Sequence record: PV660452
Source: Escherichia phage LF82-9
Direction: 5' to 3' (one strand)
DNA length: 64,000 bases
This document shows, piece by piece, positions 19,284 to 29,452 of the stretch (positions are counted from its first letter, which is position 1; every line of letters begins with the position of its first letter). The translations under genes were made by a program, and so were the position numbers. The notes beneath the pieces are model-generated. The model made no database searches. It saw only the letters and a program-made list of their open reading frames with translations, and was not told where the DNA came from.

Positions 19284-19605
19284 AATCTTCTATGATATCA
19301 GAGTCGTATCCTAATGAAATCAAGGACTTTTTAAACTCTGCAATATTCTTTTGTTTCTTATCATTTAAAAATATGACAGGATAACGAATATTAAGTGAAG
19401 TGAATCCTGCACGTTTAGCAAGAGATACGATTAAAGGACGGTCATATTCAATCTTACCATTATTAGTGAGGACTTTATAAAATGTATAAGGAGCATTGAG
19501 CTCCTTTAAAAGTTTTGTAACAGTATAACATCCTGGACAACGTCCAACTTCTTCAGGGATGCCATAAATTTCAATCTTGTTCTTTAAGTTCGAGTTTTGT
19601 TCCAC
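19282..19605 (-). CDS. glutaredoxin-like protein (NrdH-like); start uncertain, possibly GTG
   Basis: CPGCY redox motif; no in-frame ATG downstream of upstream gene stop; GTG at 19605 with AAGGA SD. Confidence 0.5.
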   Translation of the reverse strand: MEQNSNLKNKIEIYGIPEEVGRCPGCYTVTKLLKELNAPYTFYKVLTNNGKIEYDRPLIVSLAKRAGFTSLNIRYPVIFLNDKKQKNIAEFKKSLISLGYDSDIIED

Positions 19606-19888
19606 GAGAAATAATTCCTTGGTAAGCCCAATAAGGAGGATTAACCGAATCCTCACCCGAGTTTTCTTCAGGAAAATAAACCTGGATAACGAAGCCGGAT
19701 TCATCAAATGTAAAATAAACTGTAGGCAGTTCACCTAACAATTCGGCACGAGCATTAATTTCTTCGAGGTCTTGTTCACGTCCAGCCCAAAAACTAGGAT
19801 TTAGATTACATTCGTAAAAATAATAGTCATTACCGAACATATCAAACCCCTTCCAACTCTCTACCACGTACCGCTCAAAACTAATCAT
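19571..19888 (-). CDS. hypothetical protein
   Basis: 105-aa ORF. Confidence 0.45.
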   Translation of the reverse strand: MISFERYVVESWKGFDMFGNDYYFYECNLNPSFWAGREQDLEEINARAELLGELPTVYFTFDESGFVIQVYFPEENSGEDSVNPPYWAYQGIISRGTKLELKEQD

Positions 19889-19890
19889 AA

Positions 19891-20106
19891 TTAAGCCTTT
19901 TTATCAAGAACAGAATTCAGTTTGTTAGTAATTTTATCCAGACGCTCATTGAACTCATTAGAAGATAAGCCCTTTTCTGGAGAAATTAAACTAATCACGA
20001 AAAATACACCAGTAAAAGGAATAAGAAAAATAGCTCCAACTGCCATAAACAGAAAGAATGTTACAGTTGTAAGAAAATCAGCTAAACCTTTACGAAATTT
20101 ATACAT
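19891..20106 (-). CDS. small membrane protein
   Basis: 71 aa with hydrophobic core. Confidence 0.45.
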   Translation of the reverse strand: MYKFRKGLADFLTTVTFFLFMAVGAIFLIPFTGVFFVISLISPEKGLSSNEFNERLDKITNKLNSVLDKKA

Positions 20107-20217
20107 ATTTACCCTTAATTAATTAACCAAGCGTTGATAAGCAAACCATATTGCGAATAAAATTCTGGGCCAAAATGAAAAATCATATCATTTATAGTAT
20201 CCATAATATAATTCAAT

Positions 20218-20688
20218 TTAATCATGTTTCCACACCCCATCGGTATTTGACCAAAGTCGCTGATTATCTGATCCTCGCCACAGCTTTTTGGTCGGAAGAT
20301 TTTTCTCATACTTCCCATCAATAATAACATCAACATATTTAAGCATTTTTAGTTGTTTAATATCTTCAAACTTATATCCTGTCCACAACCAAATGCTTTT
20401 ATTGGGATAAAGATTTTTAATAGTTTGAACCACAGAGTGAATCACATCTCGGTTATCAGGATAGAGAGGGTCACCTCCGGTTATAGTCAATCCTTCTATA
20501 TAATCATTATTCAAACATTCAATTAATTGTTCTAGTGTTTCACCAGTGAATGGAATACCATTTCTAGCATTCCATGTTGATTTATTATAACACCCTTCGC
20601 ATTTATGCAAACAACCTGTGACGAAAAGAACGACCCTACAACCAGGGCCATTCACAAAATCGCAAGGATAAAATCTATCATAATTCAT
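20218..20688 (-). CDS. nrdG: anaerobic ribonucleotide reductase activating protein NrdG (radical SAM)
   Basis: CLHKCEGC radical-SAM cysteine motif; position next to nrdD. Confidence 0.9.
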   Translation of the reverse strand: MNYDRFYPCDFVNGPGCRVVLFVTGCLHKCEGCYNKSTWNARNGIPFTGETLEQLIECLNNDYIEGLTITGGDPLYPDNRDVIHSVVQTIKNLYPNKSIWLWTGYKFEDIKQLKMLKYVDVIIDGKYEKNLPTKKLWRGSDNQRLWSNTDGVWKHD

Positions 20689-22502
20689 TGGTGTTTAACC
20701 CTATGCATGATTTCTTTATTTTTGCCGAGATTAAATCCACGTTCGTTCGGGTTCCCCAAATAACCGCACGTTCTTCTTATGGTGTTCATCTTTTTAGGAT
20801 CAGTTTCTCCACAAACTGAACAAACAAATCCATTTTCAGTAGGAGTCATCTCATGGGTACTTCCACACGTAAAACATTTATCTACTGGCATGTTAACACC
20901 AAAATAATCTAAATGTTGTGCAGCATAATCCCACACGGCCTCAAGACCTTTTAAGTTATTTTTCATATCAGGAAGTTCAACATAAGAAATGTGACCACCT
21001 GTCGCAATGAAATGATATGGCGCTTCACGAGAAATCTTTTCAAACGGAGTAATATTTTCTTCTACTGAAACATGGAAACTATTAGTGTACCAGCCTTTAT
21101 CAGTAACATCCTTTACACTTCCATATTTTTCTGTATCAAGTTTACAGAAGCGATAACAAAGGTTTTCAGCAGGAGTAGAATACAAGCTAAAAGCAAATCC
21201 GGTTCTTTCAGTCCACTGTTTAAGACGAGCATTCATTTTAGTTAAAATTTCTTGCCCAATATCACGACCGACAAGAATATTCAATTCGTGAATACCAATG
21301 TATCCTAAAGACACTGAACTTCTACCGTTTTTAAATAACTCAATTATGTCGTCATCAGGTTTAAGACGAACCCCGAATGCACCTTCTTGGTAAAGAATAG
21401 GAGCAACAGTCGCTTTAACACCCTTTAAAGAACTAATTCTACACATCAAGGCTTCAAAACACAGATCCATTCGTTCATTAAATAATTCGATAAATTTCTG
21501 TTCATTGAACTGTGTTCCAATATAAGAATCTAATGCGATACGAGGAAGATTCAGTGTTACAACACCAAGATTATTACGTCCATCAAGAATTTCATTACCA
21601 GTCGAATCTTTCCATACGCTCAAGAAACTACGGCAGCCCATTGGAGAAACTGGAACTGAAGAACCGGTAATAGCTTTATTATTCTTAACAGAAATAATGT
21701 CAGGATACATTCTTTTGCTTGCACATTCTAACGCAAGTTGTTTAATATCATAGTTCGGATCATCTTTATAAAGATTAACACCTTCTTCAACAAACATAAC
21801 AAGTTTAGGAAAAATAGGAGTTATTCCATCACGACCAAGACCTTTAATCCGATTTTTCAGAATTGCCTTCTGAATCATTCGTTCAGTCCAATCGGTTCCC
21901 GTACCAAATGTAATTGTTACAAAAGGCGTTTGTCCGTTTGAACTAAAGAGAGTATTTACTTCATATTCATAAGCTTGGAACGCATCGTATACGTCTTTTT
22001 CTGTTTTAGATTGGGCATAATTCAACGCATCAGCGATTTGCCATTTTTCTGCATCCTCAATATGTTTTGCATAGGTGCGTTTAACATAAGGAGAAAGAAC
22101 TTTATCGACATTCGCAAATGTAGTTCCGCCATACTGATGTGAAGCAACTTGTGCAGTAATTTGTGCCATAATTGCAGTAGCAACACCAATCGATTTAGGC
22201 GTTTCAATTTGAGCATTGCCTAATTTAAATCCATTCTCAAGCATCCCCTTTAAATCGACTAAACAGCAATTAGTAAATGGAAGAGCAGGAGAATAATCAA
22301 TATCATGCATATGAATGATTCCGCTTTCATGCGCATTCATAATAAAAGACGGGACCATATTTTTGGCAATGTGCTTAGACACAATACCAGCCATAAGGTC
22401 CCGTTGAGTTGGAAAAACACGAGAATCTTTATTAGCATTCTCGTTCAAAAGATCTTTATTAGTTTTATAAATTAATCCTTCAATTTCTTTTTCAATTTTC
22501 AT
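20685..22502 (-). CDS. nrdD: anaerobic ribonucleoside-triphosphate reductase NrdD, uninterrupted
   Basis: 605 aa; C-terminal glycyl-radical motif RTCGYLG and Zn-ribbon CxxC..CxxC. Confidence 0.95.
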   Translation of the reverse strand: MKIEKEIEGLIYKTNKDLLNENANKDSRVFPTQRDLMAGIVSKHIAKNMVPSFIMNAHESGIIHMHDIDYSPALPFTNCCLVDLKGMLENGFKLGNAQIETPKSIGVATAIMAQITAQVASHQYGGTTFANVDKVLSPYVKRTYAKHIEDAEKWQIADALNYAQSKTEKDVYDAFQAYEYEVNTLFSSNGQTPFVTITFGTGTDWTERMIQKAILKNRIKGLGRDGITPIFPKLVMFVEEGVNLYKDDPNYDIKQLALECASKRMYPDIISVKNNKAITGSSVPVSPMGCRSFLSVWKDSTGNEILDGRNNLGVVTLNLPRIALDSYIGTQFNEQKFIELFNERMDLCFEALMCRISSLKGVKATVAPILYQEGAFGVRLKPDDDIIELFKNGRSSVSLGYIGIHELNILVGRDIGQEILTKMNARLKQWTERTGFAFSLYSTPAENLCYRFCKLDTEKYGSVKDVTDKGWYTNSFHVSVEENITPFEKISREAPYHFIATGGHISYVELPDMKNNLKGLEAVWDYAAQHLDYFGVNMPVDKCFTCGSTHEMTPTENGFVCSVCGETDPKKMNTIRRTCGYLGNPNERGFNLGKNKEIMHRVKHQ

Positions 22503-22972
22503 TTTAAACTCTTTCTAAGCTGCTTTTTGAATGAAGCTATTAATTGTGTTTTAGTATCAGATTCATTATATTCAAATCCTCTTTGAAGCATCTCGGTCAT
22601 CATTTCCTCTTTACCTAGTCTTGAGAACTCTTTAGTTTTGTCTGGAACAAAATTAGGATGGATATTATTATCAGAATAATCTTGTTTCAAATAAGCAAGA
22701 AGAGCTTCAAGCCATTCGAGGTAGTCGACATCACGTCCTTTAAGACCGGAACGGTTGAACTTATGCTTCATTTGACCTTCTGCTGCGTTGCACAGATTAC
22801 AGAGTAATCCACGAACTCTACCGGCTTTTGGCCCGTTTAATTCATGGTCGTGGTCAAGATGGTTACCTTGAACATCAGGGTCTAATTCACGGTGGCAAAT
22901 AGGACACTTACCATTCTGTGCATCATAAAATTTTTGTTTTTCTTCTTTATATTTTGCGCCTGATAATAACAT
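22499..22972 (-). CDS. 49: endonuclease VII (gp49)
   Basis: Near-identical to T4 gp49 (..KCPICHRELDPDVQGNHLDHDHELNGPKAG..). Confidence 0.93.
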   Translation of the reverse strand: MLLSGAKYKEEKQKFYDAQNGKCPICHRELDPDVQGNHLDHDHELNGPKAGRVRGLLCNLCNAAEGQMKHKFNRSGLKGRDVDYLEWLEALLAYLKQDYSDNNIHPNFVPDKTKEFSRLGKEEMMTEMLQRGFEYNESDTKTQLIASFKKQLRKSLK

Positions 22973-23007
22973 GATAAACCCTTACCTTAAATAGATAAGG
23001 GTATTTA

Positions 23008-23433
23008 TTAACTTAAACGTCTTTCTAAATATTCAATGTATTCTGCGGCTGCTTGCATCAGGTTACCTTCATAGCCGTCGTTATTTTCTTGTCCAGCTAA
23101 TTTAGCTAATGCATAAGAAATTCGTTCACCTTCGAATTCACCAAGTTTACTACCTAGCACATCAGCAATATCAGCCGAATCAATTTCTTCGAGTTCATCT
23201 ATTGAATGGGATTCCCAGAAGCACCAAAGAGAAGTATCACGGTCATAGATGCAAAGTTTCTCACCTGTGTTCAACATCACTTCGATAATGCCATGGTCGC
23301 CATAACCATCTTCGGTAGTAGTACCAATTACCTTGAGGATTGTTCCTTTCTTTAATTCAGGAAACTTGACTTGTAGTTCTTCGTCTTCTTTAACAATCTT
23401 GAACCATTTACCGCGAGTTTCAGAAATATTCAT
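23008..23433 (-). CDS. hypothetical acidic protein (49.1/pin region); start at internal ATG
   Basis: MNISETRGKWFKIVKEDEEL... Confidence 0.45.
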   Translation of the reverse strand: MNISETRGKWFKIVKEDEELQVKFPELKKGTILKVIGTTTEDGYGDHGIIEVMLNTGEKLCIYDRDTSLWCFWESHSIDELEEIDSADIADVLGSKLGEFEGERISYALAKLAGQENNDGYEGNLMQAAAEYIEYLERRLS

Positions 23434-23434
23434 A

Positions 23435-23632
23435 TCAATATTCTCTATAAAAGTTACGATGAGAACGTTTAGCTTTGCGAAGCTGACGTTTAGTAGGACG
23501 AACTGTAAATAGTTGTCCAGAGAAAAAATTCGAATCGGTTTTAATAAGCAAATACCAATCATGCTTGCCATTTTTTAATAAACGGTACAATAATTTAACT
23601 TGCATAATAATCTCTTCCCATTTCCATATCAA
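23435..23632 (-). CDS. hypothetical basic protein
   Basis: 65-aa ORF ending 2 nt before next ATG. Confidence 0.35.
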   Translation of the reverse strand: MIWKWEEIIMQVKLLYRLLKNGKHDWYLLIKTDSNFFSGQLFTVRPTKRQLRKAKRSHRNFYREY

Positions 23633-23733
23633 TTAATTCATTTATTGAAGGTTCATCATAACATGGTTCTTCGTCGTTGTAAACCGTTTCGACGTCTGGC
23701 TCGACAGTCTCCCATCGAGCAGAATACCACGGT

Positions 23734-24069
23734 TTAACCCCGGAGTTTATTGAGCTCTTCATAATCAATCCAGGATTCTAGCCCTGACGGCAGGTCACAT
23801 TCAATGTTCCACAGAAGCTCTTCAATGGCTTGCAGGCGATTATATTCTTCAACAGTAATAGTAACCATTGTTTCAGGCTTTTTAACCATCATGTCATTCA
23901 TCAGAATGTACAGATCTTCACAAACAGCCGGGTCGTCCCATGTCCATATTTCAGCATCTCGAACCAATGAAGTCGGAATAGAATTTAAAACTTCAAGCTT
24001 AGTAGGAGCGTCAGGACCGAGAAGAGTTGCTACAAATTTATATGCTTTGGCGAAATCAATATCGTTCAT
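23734..24069 (-). CDS. hypothetical protein
   Basis: 111-aa ORF. Confidence 0.45.
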   Translation of the reverse strand: MNDIDFAKAYKFVATLLGPDAPTKLEVLNSIPTSLVRDAEIWTWDDPAVCEDLYILMNDMMVKKPETMVTITVEEYNRLQAIEELLWNIECDLPSGLESWIDYEELNKLRG

Positions 24070-24087
24070 TTAAAATATTCTCGCAGT

Positions 24088-24384
24088 TTATTGTTCTACC
24101 CAGGCACAGGAAACTTCGAAATCAGGACCACCGTATTCCCAGTGATATTCACCAACAGGAATCCAGTCACCGTGCTCGTTTTCTTCGTAGTCTTCAGGTT
24201 CAAGACCAACGAATCGCCATTGAACACCTATGATTCGATTACCCATTAATATACGAAATTCACCCCATGGATTATCGATAGCATATTGGATATCGTTCTT
24301 AGCACGAGAACACATTTCTTGATATAACAAAGCTTCTAATTCGCCCTGATCATAAGGGCCCGGGAAAGTTAAATCAATACTCAT
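24088..24384 (-). CDS. hypothetical protein
   Basis: 98-aa ORF. Confidence 0.45.
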   Translation of the reverse strand: MSIDLTFPGPYDQGELEALLYQEMCSRAKNDIQYAIDNPWGEFRILMGNRIIGVQWRFVGLEPEDYEENEHGDWIPVGEYHWEYGGPDFEVSCAWVEQ

Positions 24385-24644
24385 TTAAAATATTCTCGCA
24401 GTTGGTCAAATCCACCAATATGACTTCCATCAGGAGCAAATACTTGAGGCATAGTCAATCCAACTTGTGATTCACGTCCTAGTTTATTCAGAAGCTCGTC
24501 AATTTTTTCTTCATCAAATACACCTTTCTCTGGCATAACATTAATGAATTCGAATGGCTGTTTCTTAACAGTCAGCAATCGTTTCGCATTATCACAATAA
24601 ATGCATTTATGAATAGTAGAGTCATACCCGTACACTTTAAACAT
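24381..24644 (-). CDS. nrdC: thioredoxin/glutaredoxin NrdC
   Basis: MFKVYGYDSTIHKCIYCDNAKRLL.. near-identical to T4 NrdC. Confidence 0.9.
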   Translation of the reverse strand: MFKVYGYDSTIHKCIYCDNAKRLLTVKKQPFEFINVMPEKGVFDEEKIDELLNKLGRESQVGLTMPQVFAPDGSHIGGFDQLREYFK

Positions 24645-25050
24645 TATTTTTCCTTTCATCGATTAAATATGCAATGCCAAATACAATACATGTAATAAAA
24701 CCTGTGATACAGATAGAAACCAACAACACTGTACCAAAGAACCAAATCAAGTTATCTTTAGTAGTTTGTTTGATATCCATCTCACGAATTTCTATAGCTA
24801 TCGTATCACCTTTATTCAGAAGCGTATAAAACGACGGTGATACACGCCTGTCAAAAACTCGTCCTTGCTCATCTTTATAGACTGCAATAAATTCTAATTT
24901 AGAATATTTTCCTGTAGATTGGCCTGAGATTAATTCCACTACCTCCACAGGAATTACTTTAGTTTCCATGTAAGTATTCTGACTGTTCCAAATGAATGGA
25001 ATAACGGCAAAAACTAAAGCTGCGATAAAACAACGAAGGCTATATCTCAT
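24637..25050 (-). CDS. membrane protein
   Basis: N- and C-terminal hydrophobic segments. Confidence 0.45.
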   Translation of the reverse strand: MRYSLRCFIAALVFAVIPFIWNSQNTYMETKVIPVEVVELISGQSTGKYSKLEFIAVYKDEQGRVFDRRVSPSFYTLLNKGDTIAIEIREMDIKQTTKDNLIWFFGTVLLVSICITGFITCIVFGIAYLIDERKNNV

Positions 25051-25355
25051 TATAATATTCTCTCAAATTTGTGGAAGCATTTACGGCATTTCAATTTCAA
25101 GTTATCAGTGGTCCAGTTAACCAGTTGGACTTGGATAGTTCCACATTCCGGGCATGGATGTTTTGCTGCTGATTTGGCAGCATTTTCACGTCGTTCAACC
25201 ATTTTCATTATTTCGTTCCATGCTGGAGGAACGAACTCTTCTTCACCGTGGATTTTATCTCGCTGAACAAATTCAATCTTTGAACTATCGTCAATAAACT
25301 TAACCAAGCCATGATTAGTGCTCATATCAATATCCTCTAAAAGACGTAGTTTCAT
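25050..25355 (-). CDS. hypothetical Zn-ribbon protein
   Basis: CPECG...CRKC motif. Confidence 0.45.
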   Translation of the reverse strand: MKLRLLEDIDMSTNHGLVKFIDDSSKIEFVQRDKIHGEEEFVPPAWNEIMKMVERRENAAKSAAKHPCPECGTIQVQLVNWTTDNLKLKCRKCFHKFERIL

Positions 25356-26305
25356 TATAACACCTCAATGGCATTTCGTAAACCGTCCGCTTTCGCATTC
25401 AGAGCTTTTAACGATTTAGTCTGTTCTTTAATCTGGGCTTCGACTTCTTTCAGACGAGATTTGAGATATTCACGTTCTTCGCTCAAGTTGTCAACTTTTT
25501 CTACTTTAGGTTCTTTAATAGTCTTAAGTTTATACTCGTTAGGGTTCTTCAGCTTAATTCGGGTGCGAGAACTGTATAACATTGAACCGTTATCTTCGGA
25601 TTCGTCGAACGTTTCAACAACATCCATAGTCTCTAACAATGTAATAAGTTTATAAGACAATGAACGAACGGTTTTGTTATGCTTATTAATTTCTTCAGCT
25701 TTCATGGTACCGAGATTACGTGAGTAGTAATAAGGAACCTGGATATCAATTGATAATGATGCGTTACCATTACCGGTCGGTTTGAATACTGCAGTAACCC
25801 AATCTTTAACATGAACTTTATTTGTACGACCATCACCGCCCGTGAATAATTTACGAGAATGTTTAAAAAGCATATTCACTTGGTTATTGAATTCACAAGC
25901 AAATTTATCAGCGAATTTAGTTTCAGGAATGGTAGATAACCAATCAGCCAAATGAGTCTTTTTAACATCATTAATAATAGTGAATTCAACCAAATCAGTT
26001 TTAGATGTCACAGATTTAATAAAGCTCGGTTTCATAAAGTTTTTAATGTTATCGCGAGCTACAGTAGAAGATAATAAACGAGAACGTTTGAACCATTGAA
26101 GCAGTGTCCCTAATGAATGAGAATACGCATTCTGAGTATCTTTACAGATATGATTTTCTTGACCTGTGTATGTACCAAAATCGCGAAGAATACCACTTAC
26201 TACATCTCGGTGTGGAACATCAAATCCTAGTGCACCAACAGCGCGCTGGGCACGAACGTTAGCGATAAGACCGGCAAAGTATTCAATGTAATGTGAACGT
26301 GTCAT
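25355..26305 (-). CDS. hypothetical protein with C-terminal coiled coil
   Basis: 316-aa ORF; shared promoter cassette upstream. Confidence 0.5.
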   Translation of the reverse strand: MTRSHYIEYFAGLIANVRAQRAVGALGFDVPHRDVVSGILRDFGTYTGQENHICKDTQNAYSHSLGTLLQWFKRSRLLSSTVARDNIKNFMKPSFIKSVTSKTDLVEFTIINDVKKTHLADWLSTIPETKFADKFACEFNNQVNMLFKHSRKLFTGGDGRTNKVHVKDWVTAVFKPTGNGNASLSIDIQVPYYYSRNLGTMKAEEINKHNKTVRSLSYKLITLLETMDVVETFDESEDNGSMLYSSRTRIKLKNPNEYKLKTIKEPKVEKVDNLSEEREYLKSRLKEVEAQIKEQTKSLKALNAKADGLRNAIEVL

Positions 26306-26330
26306 AATATTTTCCTCTCGTTAAGATAGA

Positions 26331-26363
26331 TTTATTATACTCCAACCATCCTTGGTTGTAAAC
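26331..26363 (-). promoter_or_regulatory. early promoter/stem-loop cassette (GTTTACA - hairpin - TATAAT)
   Basis: Minus strand GTTTACAACCAAGGATGGTTGGAGTATAATAAA. Confidence 0.5.
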
Positions 26364-26367
26364 CGTT

Positions 26368-27327
26368 TTATGATTTTAATGCATTCATTGCATTAAAAAG
26401 TTTAGAGTACTGCAACTGGAGATTCGTTACAACACTTTGAGCATCACGAAGCTTAGCTTGTGCTTTGTCAAGTTCAACGGACAGTTGGTCTGCAGTAGCC
26501 TTGATTTGGTTGTAATGATAATCTTCGGCCGGAAGAAGGTCATTAGAAACATTTAGTTTTACTGCCGACAGTTTGCACACATTTGGCAAACCTTTAAACA
26601 TACCGGGTTGTGTCGGAGAATATGCGCTTAGAACCTCTGCATTACCGACTGGTGTTGCTGTAATATTGCCTTCAAACAATGCATTTTCCTTTTTAAGATT
26701 TTGATAGTATTCAGAGTCTTTGTGCCACCATGGCGCAGGAACCTTTTTACCAATAGATACACGAGCCTGGATAGCGATATGGCCCTTATTCTTGATAGGG
26801 TCGATAATATTAAGCTCACGAGAATAAATTGCTTTAATTTGGTGAATATTATCACCTAACACTTCCAACGCTTGGTGGAATACACGAGCAACGTTATCGT
26901 TCTTAGGTTTATATGTAAGAGTGAACTCGTTCTCACTGATAACCATGATTTCTAACTTATCGTAAGTATATTTCAAATGTTTCATGTTAATTGCTTGAGG
27001 ACGAATACGAGAAGCAATGGCCATCAGATTGTTAAGGTTATTTCGGAACTGTTTAGCGAAATATTGTCCTTCACCGCCGATACAAAAATTACGAAGTTTC
27101 TGTTTGGCTAATAAACGGCTGAACTCACCATTTTTAATGAACTCTTTAACGGGTGTGTTAGTAATGCATTCAAATTGAGTAAACATACGAGAATTAATCC
27201 CATAATATGAACAGATTTCCTCAATCTCTTCAGGAGTCTTTACAGGCATACGGATAGGATTAGGTCCTGGAGTATATGCGTTCGAGGTAAATTCTTTGAT
27301 AAGTTCTCTACGTGTAATAAAAGCCAT
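26368..27327 (-). CDS. hypothetical protein with C-terminal coiled coil
   Basis: 319-aa ORF. Confidence 0.5.
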   Translation of the reverse strand: MAFITRRELIKEFTSNAYTPGPNPIRMPVKTPEEIEEICSYYGINSRMFTQFECITNTPVKEFIKNGEFSRLLAKQKLRNFCIGGEGQYFAKQFRNNLNNLMAIASRIRPQAINMKHLKYTYDKLEIMVISENEFTLTYKPKNDNVARVFHQALEVLGDNIHQIKAIYSRELNIIDPIKNKGHIAIQARVSIGKKVPAPWWHKDSEYYQNLKKENALFEGNITATPVGNAEVLSAYSPTQPGMFKGLPNVCKLSAVKLNVSNDLLPAEDYHYNQIKATADQLSVELDKAQAKLRDAQSVVTNLQLQYSKLFNAMNALKS

Positions 27328-27350
27328 TTTATATTCCTCATGTTGAAAAA

Positions 27351-27383
27351 TTTATTATACTCCAACCATCCTTGGTTGTACAT
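27351..27383 (-). promoter_or_regulatory. early promoter/stem-loop cassette (near-identical copy of 26331..26363)
   Basis: TTTATTATACTCCAACCATCCTTGGTTGTA shared with 26331 copy. Confidence 0.5.
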
Positions 27384-28378
27384 CATTCCTTAAGAAGTTT
27401 TACTACTTGAATAAGATTAGCTCGTTCTGTTTTATTTTTACCGTTTAAGCCTGCTAATCGTGAGATTTCATCGTCAGTCTGTTGAATAGTTACATTAAGT
27501 TCGTTAATCAAAGCTTCAAAGTATTTGATTTGCTCAGCATGTTTTGATTCAAATTTCTGAACCGGAATAACGTCTTGGTTCAGTCCATCAATAAGGTCTT
27601 TAAGAGCATCTTCTTGGTTGATATCATATTCAACTTCCTTTATTTCTTCAACGAGCTCGTCTTTATATCTAACGTCTTTTAGTCCTGGTGCTGGTCCTGA
27701 AATCTCTTCTTTAAGAGTACAAACATACCCAATACGGTATCCAATGCCGTCTCGCTTGATATCAACTTCGTCGATAAATCCACAATGTTTAAGTCCAGAG
27801 CCGATTATGTCAAAATATCCTTGACGACGTCCTTCAAACGTTACACGAACTACTAAGACAGTTTTGCCACCGACCTTTTGAAGCTCACATTTATAAAAGT
27901 CCGTTGAACCTGAATAACGTGGATGAGTTTTAAAGTTCATCTGACGATCTAGGCCCATTTGTAAACGTGCTGTTACGGCCATAAAACGTGTTTGGTTCTC
28001 GTTAAGATGAGCAACAATCCATTTCAAAGGCATTTTACACTGTTCACGACCGAACAAATCAGTACGTCCTAGATTACGCAGGATGTTGTTAGAGTTAATC
28101 ATCGACAGAACGTTAAGTTTATTCAACGCGCTGAAGATTCCGTCAGCCATTGATTTTCCATAACCTTTACACGCTTTAATAAGTGCTCGCGGCAGATTAG
28201 TATAGATTTCAGACGGCATATGAAAATCAAATTTACTAGTCAGTAATTGATGAACTTGGATAGCAATTTGCTCATAATTAAGTGCTCTGCGATCGTTATG
28301 GTCTTTAAACCACACTTTAATCTGTGAAGCACATAAACCGTTAATTTCATGTTTTACCGCATCAGATGTAATGCTCAT
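27383..28378 (-). CDS. hypothetical protein with C-terminal coiled coil
   Basis: 331-aa ORF. Confidence 0.5.
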   Translation of the reverse strand: MSITSDAVKHEINGLCASQIKVWFKDHNDRRALNYEQIAIQVHQLLTSKFDFHMPSEIYTNLPRALIKACKGYGKSMADGIFSALNKLNVLSMINSNNILRNLGRTDLFGREQCKMPLKWIVAHLNENQTRFMAVTARLQMGLDRQMNFKTHPRYSGSTDFYKCELQKVGGKTVLVVRVTFEGRRQGYFDIIGSGLKHCGFIDEVDIKRDGIGYRIGYVCTLKEEISGPAPGLKDVRYKDELVEEIKEVEYDINQEDALKDLIDGLNQDVIPVQKFESKHAEQIKYFEALINELNVTIQQTDDEISRLAGLNGKNKTERANLIQVVKLLKE

Positions 28379-28440
28379 AACTATTTCCTCAGATTGAATT
28401 GGAACTCAAAACCATTATAACCCGTCCTTGGGTAAAGCGT

Positions 28441-28968
28441 TTATGCGTGAACCGTCTTTAAACGTTCTTCAAATTTCCGAAGAGTACTAATACGTTCTGC
28501 TTTCTGTTTTGTATAGTTTGCAATACGTTCTGAAGTGAGAGCGTATCGTTCGTTTACTGTTTCTTTCATGAAGTCAGGGATTTCACGAGAAGCTTTAATT
28601 TCATCAAACTTGTCGAGTACTGCCTGGTCTTCAGCGATTAAATTTTCGTACATCTCGATATCTTTCTTGATAAACTCGATATCTTCCTGGGTTACTTTGG
28701 ATAAACGAGACGCTTTATCCTTTTTGTACTGCTCGTTAGTTTCACGAGACCAGAATAATGTACGTTTTTTGTTAGTGTTTTTGTAGACTTCCACAATTCC
28801 AACTGAATCGATGATAACAATCCAATTCCAGCGAGATTTGAAAATCTGACCTCCGTCCACGGTAATCTCGTTATCATAAGCAACGTCATTAAAGAACTTG
28901 CTCTGTGCTTCAGATTTAAATTTACCGTCGTTATAATTTACCAGGTTGAAAATATCTTTAGCGTTCAT
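28441..28968 (-). CDS. hypothetical protein
   Basis: 175-aa ORF. Confidence 0.45.
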   Translation of the reverse strand: MNAKDIFNLVNYNDGKFKSEAQSKFFNDVAYDNEITVDGGQIFKSRWNWIVIIDSVGIVEVYKNTNKKRTLFWSRETNEQYKKDKASRLSKVTQEDIEFIKKDIEMYENLIAEDQAVLDKFDEIKASREIPDFMKETVNERYALTSERIANYTKQKAERISTLRKFEERLKTVHA

Positions 28969-28987
28969 GTTTTACCTCCAGTAGTTG

Positions 28988-29026
28988 ATAGGTCTATAAT
29001 AACACAACCATAGACCTTGTAAACAA
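28988..29026 (-). promoter_or_regulatory. early promoter/stem-loop cassette
   Basis: Minus strand GTTTACA N17 then -10 flanked by inverted repeat GGTCTAT/ATAGACC. Confidence 0.45.
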
Positions 29027-29314
29027 CTAAAAGAAACTTTTTTCAGTATTTTTTCCACTGAACCAAACCGACTTCGGGGTTTTCTGTAACTTTTCAGATT
29101 TAAGTTTCTCTTCCTGTTCTTTCTTATATACACTCTTGTCGTACTGGAGCATCTCTATGGCATTCTTTTGCAAACGATCTAAGGTAATTAAGGCTTTAGT
29201 TTTTCCTTTCAAGGAAGAGTCCTGGCGAACCTCCTCGCTATATTGCATTGTAGAACTAACCATACGATGAGCATAGAGTTCGACTGCGGCTTTAATTTTT
29301 TGCATAAAATCCAT
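29027..29314 (-). CDS. hypothetical protein
   Basis: 95-aa ORF. Confidence 0.35.
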   Translation of the reverse strand: MDFMQKIKAAVELYAHRMVSSTMQYSEEVRQDSSLKGKTKALITLDRLQKNAIEMLQYDKSVYKKEQEEKLKSEKLQKTPKSVWFSGKNTEKSFF

Positions 29315-29452
29315 AACATATCCTCTTTGATTTGTACATCATTATTTTTAAATATTTCTATGCCCTCAGTAGGTTCCTGGTGTCCTTCTTTGAGGTAAGC
29401 CATATGATTATTCATCTTTATGGCTTTTGTTACCTCAGGACTTCCTGTAAGC

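Noticed and set aside
19282-19734. Long 150-aa version of the glutaredoxin-like ORF
   Set aside because: Its N-terminal 40 codons overlap the upstream gene in another frame and are hydrophobic junk-like; a shorter GTG-initiated protein is more plausible.
20685-22502. Possible group I intron in nrdD, as in T4
   Set aside because: NrdD reads as one uninterrupted 605-aa frame from N-terminus to the glycyl-radical motif; no intron-sized insertion.
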